NCBI GenBank assembly: GCA_036001065.1
Contig: DASYUQ010000115.1
Span: forward strand, 1,297-65,296
Source: Candidatus Methylomirabilota bacterium
GTDB lineage: Bacteria; Methylomirabilota; Methylomirabilia; Rokubacteriales; CSP1-6
Reading direction: 5' to 3'
Length of the DNA: 64,000 bases
In this document: positions 10,272 to 16,970 of the stretch, piece after piece
How the letters are laid out: every line of letters starts with the position of its first letter
Numbering within the stretch: position 1 is the stretch's first letter
Program-made: the position numbers and the translations under genes
Notes under the pieces: model-generated
What the model saw: only the letters and a program-made list of their open reading frames with translations
Databases searched by the model: none
Told to the model about the DNA's origin: nothing

Positions 10272-11636
10272 CTACTCCGGACCGATCGTGTGGGTGAAGA
10301 GCACGGCGCCGTCCTCGTCGATCAAGCGCACCGTGAGGTGCGGCGCTTCGATCGTCACCGCGCCGAAGTTGTTCACGCCCCCCCGGGCGAAGAGCGAGCG
10401 CGGGTTGAGCGCGGCGTCCAGCGGCCGCGGCCGGCCCGGCGTCGCCGACAGCGGGCCGGCGATGAACTCGTGAAACGAGAACTCCGGCGTCGGGTGGTGC
10501 CGGATCAGCTCCCCGTGATGCACGTCCGCGGCGAGGAAGACGAGGTTCTTCACCCCGCGCTGGCGGAACGCGTTCAAGATCGCGTCCCGCTCCACGGCGA
10601 AGCCCGTCCCGTTCTCCTCCGGAATGCCCCAGACGGTGGCGTTCGACCAGGCGTCCCGAGAGTCCCGCCCGGTGGGCACGGACAGTGGCACGCTGGAGAC
10701 GACGACCTTCCAGGTGGCCGTCGAGGCGGTCACCCCGTCGATCAGCCAGCGCCGCTGCCGGGACCCCAGCATCGTCTTGGCCGGACCGTCGGGCTCGCTG
10801 TTGTCGCTCCGGTACTGGCGGGTGTCGAGGATGAAGACCTCCAGCAGGCGACCCCAGCGGAACTGGCGGTAGAGGCGGGTGGGCTCGTCGGCGGGGGGAA
10901 CGACGGGCCAGTACTCGACGAACGCCTGGCGACCCCGCGGCATCAGGGGCTCGGTCGGGCCCGCGAAGTTGTTGCGCACCTCGTGGTCGTCCCAGATCGC
11001 GTGCACGGACGTCTGGCCGAGGAACGCGCTCAGGGCCGGGTCCTCGCGGTTGTACCGGTGTTTGCGGCGGAACTGGTCCAGCGTCCGGGCGACGAAATCG
11101 CCGCCGGGCGCCACGCCGGGCCCGCTGCAGCGGTGATCGGCGTAGGCCGTGTCGCCGACGAACAGGAAGAAGTCGGGGCGCGCGCCCGCCATTGCCGAGA
11201 AGACCCGGTACCCGGTGTCGACCGGGCGGCAGAACCGTCCGCCGCCCAGGTCGCCGCCCCACACGAACGTCACCCGCACCGGATCGTCCGGCGCCGGCGC
11301 CGTGACGAACTCGCCGGCGGCGGCGCCCCCGGCGCTCCGCGCCCGATAAGCGTAGCGCGTCGCCGGGCGCAGTCCGGCCAGTCGCACCTTCCCGGTGAGA
11401 TCACTGCGGCGCGTAACCCGCAGGCTGGCGCTCTGGGCGGGCCCCGCGTCGGCCGGACCGTAGTCGACGACGATCTCCCCCTCGGCGACGCCCCGCACCC
11501 ACACGACCACCGTCGTCGGCGTCACGTCGCCGACGGCGAGCAGCAGACGCTCGGCGGCCGGCGCCGGGACGCACAGGAAGAGGAGGAGCAGGCCGACGAA
11601 CGCGGTCAGCGCGCGGAGGCGGCGCTCACGGAACAA
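10272..11636 (-). CDS. phoD: Alkaline phosphatase D family phosphodiesterase (PhoD) with signal peptide
   Basis: N-terminal signal (RRLRALTAFVGLLLLFL), a PhoD-like metallophosphatase core (GDTAYADH, WDDHEVRNNF, FLAADVHHGE). Confidence 0.75.
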   Translation of the reverse strand: MFRERRLRALTAFVGLLLLFLCVPAPAAERLLLAVGDVTPTTVVVWVRGVAEGEIVVDYGPADAGPAQSASLRVTRRSDLTGKVRLAGLRPATRYAYRARSAGGAAAGEFVTAPAPDDPVRVTFVWGGDLGGGRFCRPVDTGYRVFSAMAGARPDFFLFVGDTAYADHRCSGPGVAPGGDFVARTLDQFRRKHRYNREDPALSAFLGQTSVHAIWDDHEVRNNFAGPTEPLMPRGRQAFVEYWPVVPPADEPTRLYRQFRWGRLLEVFILDTRQYRSDNSEPDGPAKTMLGSRQRRWLIDGVTASTATWKVVVSSVPLSVPTGRDSRDAWSNATVWGIPEENGTGFAVERDAILNAFRQRGVKNLVFLAADVHHGELIRHHPTPEFSFHEFIAGPLSATPGRPRPLDAALNPRSLFARGGVNNFGAVTIEAPHLTVRLIDEDGAVLFTHTIGPE

Positions 11637-12399
11637 CGGACTTCAAGTGGGTGAGGATCTCGCGCTCGAACTCCTCGTGCGTCTGACCGAAGGTGCGGAC
11701 GAAGTTCTCCCGGCGGTCCTGGCGCTGGCCGAAGGCGCGGAAATAGGACACCACGCGCTCGAGCCCGTCGCGCTGGATCAGGTAGTCCGCCATCAGGAAG
11801 GCGAGCTGGTACGTGGGCAGCGACCCCTCCCGCCGGTGCCGTAGCGTGAACCCCCGCGGCGAGCCGAGCGTCTCGAGGTCGAGCCGGGCCACCGCCAGCG
11901 CCGCGTGGTTGCGGATGCCGCGGCGCGCCACGACCCGGCGCTTGGGCAGCGCGTCGAGCCCCAGCCGCTCCAGCACCGTGAAGGCGACCCACTCCGCCAT
12001 GCCCTCGGCAAGCCACTGGTCGGCGCGCCCCTCCCCTTGCTGCAGCTCGATCTGGCAGACGTGGGTGAGCTCGTGGGCGATCAGCCGCAGCCACTCGCGC
12101 CCGTGGCCCTCCGCGCCCTCATCGTTGAGGAGGAGCTGGCGGCGCTTGCCGACACCGATCGCGAAGTCGCTCAGCTCGGCCGCCCGGGCCGGGGAGACGT
12201 TCGCGTCCTGGACCAGGCCCCGCTCGAAGACCCGGCGGGAGCCGTACACGAACACGGTGACTTCCTCGGGCACGGGCAATCCGAGGTCGCGGACGAGGAT
12301 GGCGGCGATGCCGCGGACCGCGCTGGCATGGGTCGTCAGCAGTCGCACGTCCTCCGGCACCGCGAGCGACGTAGGCTCGATCGTGACGGGCACGACCAC
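11626..12399 (-). CDS. Hypothetical HExxH zinc-metallopeptidase-like protein, probable lipoprotein
   Basis: HELTH motif (IAHELTHV). GTG start at 12399. A lipobox LVVVSGC is encoded in-frame immediately upstream but lacks a canonical start (see findings). Confidence 0.5.
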   Translation of the reverse strand: MVVPVTIEPTSLAVPEDVRLLTTHASAVRGIAAILVRDLGLPVPEEVTVFVYGSRRVFERGLVQDANVSPARAAELSDFAIGVGKRRQLLLNDEGAEGHGREWLRLIAHELTHVCQIELQQGEGRADQWLAEGMAEWVAFTVLERLGLDALPKRRVVARRGIRNHAALAVARLDLETLGSPRGFTLRHRREGSLPTYQLAFLMADYLIQRDGLERVVSYFRAFGQRQDRRENFVRTFGQTHEEFEREILTHLKSVVP

Positions 12400-12610
12400 G
12401 CGTCCGCTCCCGCAGCCGGAGACGACGACCAGCGCGATGAAAGTGAGAAATCTGATTCGCGTAGGAAAACCCTTTCCTAGCCCGCTCCAAAATTCTTACA
12501 CGAGGTGCGCGAAGAGTGGAAGAGGATTTCACAGGGCCTGGTGCAAAAGCTACAGATGCGAAACCCCCACACGGGTTCCGGCTTGAGAATCCCGGAGATA
12601 GACGCGGGGG

Positions 12611-12638
12611 GGGAGACCGGCGGGGGCGCCGGTCTCCC
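12611..12638. other. Perfect 12-bp GC hairpin (GGGAGACCGGCG-GGGG-CGCCGGTCTCCC) in a long structured intergenic region
   Basis: Seen directly in the sequence. It lies about 130 nt downstream of the SDR gene on the minus strand. Confidence 0.5.
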
Positions 12639-12670
12639 GGCGCCTAGGTGCGTGTCGGAGGAGCCGTGGT

Positions 12671-12764
12671 TCGAGCGCCGGCTTCGCCGGCGCAATCAGT
12701 TCTGGGGGAGGCTCGGAGGGGGCCGTCGCGCCCTGTGGGCGCGCCTGTGAAGTCGCCCCCTCCG
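12671..12764. repeat. REP/MITE-like composite repeat, copy g (orientation 2)
   Basis: TCGAGCGCCGGCTTCGCCGGCGCAATC...CTGGGGGAGGCTCGGAGGGGGCCG...CCCCCTCCG. It is homologous to copies c and f over about 55 bp. Confidence 0.6.
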
Positions 12765-12768
12765 ACGA

Positions 12769-13680
12769 CTAGACGAGCGGATCGTAGTTGAAGTACTGCC
12801 CGGAGGTCTCGAGCGGCACGAGGTGGTGCTGGAGCGTGCCCGGGAACATGTCGGCCAGGCGCTCGACCGTCCAGCCCTCGGCGTGGTGGATGCGCATGAT
12901 CGGCCGCATGTGGCCGAACAGCATGATCTCCTTGCCTCGCACACCGAAGACCTGGCCGGTGATCTCCTTGGCGTGATCGGAGGCGAGAAAGACGGCCACG
13001 GGCGCGATGTGGGCGGGCGAGAGCTTCTTGATCTTCTCCACGCGCGCCTTCTGGACCTCGGTCTCGGTGGGGATGGTGCCGATCATGCGCGTCCACGCGA
13101 ATGGCGAGATGCAGTTCGCGGTGACGTTGTAGCGCGCCATGTCCAGCGCCGTGACCTTGGTCAGGCCGACGATGCCCAGCTTGGCCGCGGCGTAGTTGGC
13201 CTGGCCCACGTTGCCGACGAGGCCGGAGGTCGAGGTCATGTTGATGATGCGACCGGAGCGCTGCTCCCGCATGCGGGGCGTGGCGGCCCGGGTGACGGCG
13301 AACGCCCCCTTCAGGTGCGTGTCGATGACGCCGTCCCACTCCTCCTCGGTCATGTTGAAGACCATGCGATCGCGCAGGATGCCCGCGTTGTTGACGACGA
13401 TGTCGACGCGGCCGAAGGCGTCGACCGCGGTCTCGACGATCCGCTGGCCGCCGGCCATCGTGGCCACCGAGTCGTAGTTGGCGACCGCCCGCCCGCCGGC
13501 CCCTTTGATCTCCCCGACCACCTCATCGGCCGGCATCGGCGATCCCCCCTGCCCCGACTCCGTGCCGCCGATGTCGTTGACCACGACCAGCGCGCCCAGC
13601 CGGGCCATCAGCAGCGCGATCTCGCGGCCGATGCCACGTCCGGCGCCGGTCACCACCGCCACCTTGTCCCTGAGGATCAT
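12769..13680 (-). CDS. Short-chain dehydrogenase/reductase (SDR), hydroxyacyl-CoA dehydrogenase / MFE-2-like
   Basis: TGAGRGIG Rossmann motif, NNAG, and the S...YxxxK catalytic triad (YAAAK). Confidence 0.8.
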   Translation of the reverse strand: MILRDKVAVVTGAGRGIGREIALLMARLGALVVVNDIGGTESGQGGSPMPADEVVGEIKGAGGRAVANYDSVATMAGGQRIVETAVDAFGRVDIVVNNAGILRDRMVFNMTEEEWDGVIDTHLKGAFAVTRAATPRMREQRSGRIINMTSTSGLVGNVGQANYAAAKLGIVGLTKVTALDMARYNVTANCISPFAWTRMIGTIPTETEVQKARVEKIKKLSPAHIAPVAVFLASDHAKEITGQVFGVRGKEIMLFGHMRPIMRIHHAEGWTVERLADMFPGTLQHHLVPLETSGQYFNYDPLV

Positions 13681-13756
13681 GCGAGCCCCCCGCGCTGCCG
13701 AGTGAAAAGCGGAGCAGACGATAGCACGAACGGCGCCGCTCCGGCCGCCTCGCTGA

Positions 13757-13847
13757 GTCGGAGGGGGCAGACGTTACGGCCCCCTCCCGAACCACCCCAA
13801 TGGTTGCGCGGGCGAAGCCCGCGCTCGAACGGTGGTTCCTCCGACGC
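13757..13847. repeat. REP/MITE-like composite repeat, copy b (orientation 1, most complete)
   Basis: GTCGGAGGGGGCAGACGTTACGGCCCCCTCC-CGAACCACCCCAATGG-TTGCGCGGGCGAAGCCCGCGC-TCGAAC-GGTGGTTCCTCCGAC, with nested outer inverted repeats GTCGGAGG/CCTCCGAC and GAACCACC/GGTGGTTC. Confidence 0.7.
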
Positions 13848-13851
13848 GCGC

Positions 13852-14652
13852 CTAGTGTCTCCGGGCGTCCAGCGCGGCGACGTAGGCGGCGCCGAAGACG
13901 AACACGACCGCCGAGTAGTACACGAACATCACAAGCGCGCCCAGCACGCCCAGCGGCCCGTAGATCTGGTCGTAGAGCCCGACCTCGCGGATGTAGAGGC
14001 GGAAGAGCTGCTTGGCCACCTCCCACAGCAGGCTCGTCAGCACGGCCCCGGCGAGCGCCGCTCCCACCCGCACCCGCCGGTAGGGGACGAACCGGTACCC
14101 CAGGTAGAACATCAGGGCCGAAAAGCCGACGCTGACGACGATCGCGACGGCGTGAATCCACTGGCTCGGCGTCTGAATCGGCTCCAGGACGAAGGTTTGA
14201 AACCACTGCGCCATCCACGTCGCGACCGTGGCCCCGAAGAGGAGCCCGGCCAGCAGCAGCACCATGCCGGCGTCGACGAAGAAGTTGCGGAGGGCGTTGT
14301 GGGAGCCGCGAAGCCCCAGCATCCGGTGCATCACCAGGCGGGCGGCCCCGAAGAGCGACGTCGAGAAGAGCACCAGGATTCCGGTCCCCACCAGGCCCGA
14401 GGCCGTGCGGGTCTGGACGATGCGCAGCAGTACGCGCGTGAGCTCGCGCTCGTAGACCGGGAAGTTGCGCGCGAGCTGCCCGACCACCTCCCGGGCGGCA
14501 TCCTCCGTCGAGAGGACGAAGCCGACCGCGGAGACGCCCAGGAGCGTGACCGGGATCATGCAGACCAGAAAGAAGAACGCGAGCCCGGCGGCCAGGAAGA
14601 AGCCGTCGTTGGTGTAGAACCGATAGACCGCGCCGCGAAGCCCGCCGAGCAC
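13852..14652 (-). CDS. YihY/BrkB family inner-membrane protein
   Basis: Multi-TM protein (LAAGLAFFFLVCMIPV...). It is the C-terminal part of the long artefactual ORF 13852..15330. A GTG start was chosen at 14650-14652, just downstream of the SDR stop. Confidence 0.6.
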   Translation of the reverse strand: MLGGLRGAVYRFYTNDGFFLAAGLAFFFLVCMIPVTLLGVSAVGFVLSTEDAAREVVGQLARNFPVYERELTRVLLRIVQTRTASGLVGTGILVLFSTSLFGAARLVMHRMLGLRGSHNALRNFFVDAGMVLLLAGLLFGATVATWMAQWFQTFVLEPIQTPSQWIHAVAIVVSVGFSALMFYLGYRFVPYRRVRVGAALAGAVLTSLLWEVAKQLFRLYIREVGLYDQIYGPLGVLGALVMFVYYSAVVFVFGAAYVAALDARRH

Positions 14653-14657
14653 CGGTG

Positions 14658-15437
14658 TCAGAGGATGCCGCGCACGAGCCCGCCGTCGACCTGGATCGTG
14701 ACGCCGGTGATGTAGGAGGCCCGCTCCGAGGCCAGGAAGACGACCACGTTGGCGAACTCCTCCGGGCTGCCGATCCGGCGCAGCGGGATCTCGGCACTGC
14801 TCTTCTTGACGTATTCCTCCGTGGGGAGGCCGGCCTGCTTGGCGCCGCCCAGGAAGCGATCGGTCATGATGCGGCCCGGGCATACGGTGTTGATCAGGAT
14901 GTTGTCCTTTCCCAGATCGGCCGACAGCGTCTTGACCAGTCCGGCCACGCCGGGCCGGACCGCGTTGGACAGCAGCAACCCCTCCACCGGCTGCTTGACC
15001 GACACCGACTGGATCGTGAGGATGCGGCCCCACTTCCGCTGCCGCATCGAGGGCACGACCTCGCGGATCAGCCGTACGACCGACAGGAGCGACACCTCGA
15101 AGGCTCCAAACCACTGCTCGTCGGTCATGTCGGCGAGGCCGCCCCGGGGCGGACCCCCGCAGTTGGCCACCAGGATGTCGACGGCCCCGAAGGCCTCCGT
15201 CGTGCGCGCCACTAGCGCCGTGACGTCGGCCGCCTTGGTCACGTCGGCGCGCATGGCCAGGACCTCGGCGCCGGTCTTGGCGCGGACCTCGTCGGCCGCC
15301 GTCTTCAGATCTTGGTCGCCGCGCGCGCACATCATGACTCGCGCGCCTTCCGCCGCCAGGCCGAGGGCGCAGGCCTTGCCCATCCCCTTGCTCGCCGCCG
15401 TCACCAGCGCCGCCTTGCCCTTGAGTCCGAGGTCCAT
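14658..15437 (-). CDS. SDR family oxidoreductase (FabG-like)
   Basis: GKAALVTAASKGMG Rossmann motif, NCGG, and S...Y..K residues. The start was chosen at MDLGLKGK inside the listed ORF. Confidence 0.75.
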   Translation of the reverse strand: MDLGLKGKAALVTAASKGMGKACALGLAAEGARVMMCARGDQDLKTAADEVRAKTGAEVLAMRADVTKAADVTALVARTTEAFGAVDILVANCGGPPRGGLADMTDEQWFGAFEVSLLSVVRLIREVVPSMRQRKWGRILTIQSVSVKQPVEGLLLSNAVRPGVAGLVKTLSADLGKDNILINTVCPGRIMTDRFLGGAKQAGLPTEEYVKKSSAEIPLRRIGSPEEFANVVVFLASERASYITGVTIQVDGGLVRGIL

Positions 15438-15462
15438 GAGCCTGCTCCTCTCCGGGAAGGGC

Positions 15463-16320
15463 TCAGCGCCCTCCGAGATGATGATGGAAGAATTCGGCGA
15501 CCCGCCGGCGGGCGTCGGCTGCGGCCCGGCGGTCATAGCCGACGGTCGCCCCGCAGCACCCGCTCGGCTTGTTGTCGTTGGCCACGTCGGGGAGAAACAT
15601 CCGCGGCTGGCCCTCCACGTCGAAGTAGTGAACCGCGCCGGGATAGAGTACGATCGCGACGTCGGCGCCCCGCGCGCGCATAGCCTCCGCCATCGCCAGG
15701 CAGGGCCCCGGAATCGTCCAGTCGTCGGCGTCGCCTAGCAGAACGAGCAGCGGGCGGACCGCCAGCTCCTTCACCAGTGACGGGCAGCCCCCCGGATACA
15801 CCGCCACGGCGGCCCGGAAGCCGGGCGCGGGCAGGGTGACGCCCCGCCTCATGGCGCGCTCGTGAGTGGGGCCGTTCACGAGCGCCATGGCGAAGACGCC
15901 GCCGTTGGACCAGCCGATGACGCCCACGCCGTTCCGATCGACGGACGGCAGCCCGTGCAGGAACCGCAGCGCGCCGACGGCGTCGTCGAAGCGTTCGGTG
16001 TTGGGCAGGTCCGGCGACTCCGGCGAGCAGCCCTCCGACATCCCGCGCGCCGCCCAGCTGTCCACCACCAGCGCGACGTATCCCCGATCCCGGAACCACA
16101 GCGCCCAGTCGTGCGTCGACGCCGACACGCCGTGGCAGCCGTGGAGCAGGACGACGGCGGGGAAAGGTCCGCGACCCCGCGGCAGCGAGAGCCAACCGGG
16201 GACCGGGCGCAGCGCGCCCGGCGTGGCGTTGGGGAACTGCACCAGCGAGGCGGCGCAGCCGGCGCTGAGCACGCAGGCCCCGAGCGCCGCCATCAGGGGG
16301 CGGAGCATGGCTTTGAGCAT
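15463..16320 (-). CDS. Dienelactone hydrolase family alpha/beta hydrolase with lipoprotein-like signal peptide
   Basis: Signal peptide plus LSAGC lipobox, a GWSNGG nucleophile elbow, and a C-terminal His (HHH). Confidence 0.7.
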   Translation of the reverse strand: MLKAMLRPLMAALGACVLSAGCAASLVQFPNATPGALRPVPGWLSLPRGRGPFPAVVLLHGCHGVSASTHDWALWFRDRGYVALVVDSWAARGMSEGCSPESPDLPNTERFDDAVGALRFLHGLPSVDRNGVGVIGWSNGGVFAMALVNGPTHERAMRRGVTLPAPGFRAAVAVYPGGCPSLVKELAVRPLLVLLGDADDWTIPGPCLAMAEAMRARGADVAIVLYPGAVHYFDVEGQPRMFLPDVANDNKPSGCCGATVGYDRRAAADARRRVAEFFHHHLGGR

Positions 16321-16349
16321 ACATCGGCGCCCGGGTAGAATCCGAGTCG

Positions 16350-16970
16350 ATGACGGACCCCGTCCGCGCGATCACCTACTCCGACTATCTCTGACCGTGG
16401 TGCTACCCGGCGGCGGTCCGCCTCCAGCGCCTGGTCGAGGAGTTCGGCGGTCGATTCACGCTCGAGCACCGCGCGTTCCCGCTCCGTCCCGCGCCTGACC
16501 CCTCGGTCACCTTCCAGGGCACCTATCGGGAGGAGGCCTGGCGGCGCTGCGCGCAGATGTCGGCCGGCGACGGGATCGTCTTCAACGCTTGGCCACACGC
16601 GGGCCACTATCCCCACTGGAGCCTTCCCGCCCTGGAGGCCGCCAAGTGCATCGCCCGGCAAGGCCCGGAGGCCTTCGGGCGCATCCACCTGCGCCTCTAC
16701 GAGGCGTTCTTCACGCGGAGCCGGAACATCGCGGATCCCGGCGAGGTCGTGACGATCGTCGCCGAGGCCGGTATCGACACCGAGCGGTTCGTCGCCGATT
16801 ACCGCGCGGGCATCGGGCGCGACGAGGTGATCAAGGATTACCAGGCGGCGATGGAGGAGGGCGTCCGGGCGATTCCCGGCGTGATCTTCCCGGCGACCGG
16901 ACAGGCGCTGGTGGGCCTGGCCGACCTCGCACAGTATCGCGCCGCAGTCGAGGAAGCCGCGCGCTGCTGA
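16350..16970 (+). CDS. DsbA/FrnE-like thiol:disulfide oxidoreductase with in-frame UGA (putative selenocysteine) replacing the first Cys of the CxxC motif
   Basis: Translation from ATG 16350 reads MTDPVRAITYSDYL[TGA]PWCYPAAVRLQ... and continues in the same frame with no stop into the listed ORF 16557..16970. This matches the FrnE/DsbA SDYxCPWCY signature with TGA (16392-16394) at the Cys position. Confidence 0.7.

Noticed and set aside
12640-12700. tRNA-like T-loop (GGTTCGAGC) in the 12.4-12.8 kb intergenic region.
   Set aside because: No acceptor or anticodon arm could be assembled and no conserved TCC follows the T-loop. The sequence is part of REP copy g.
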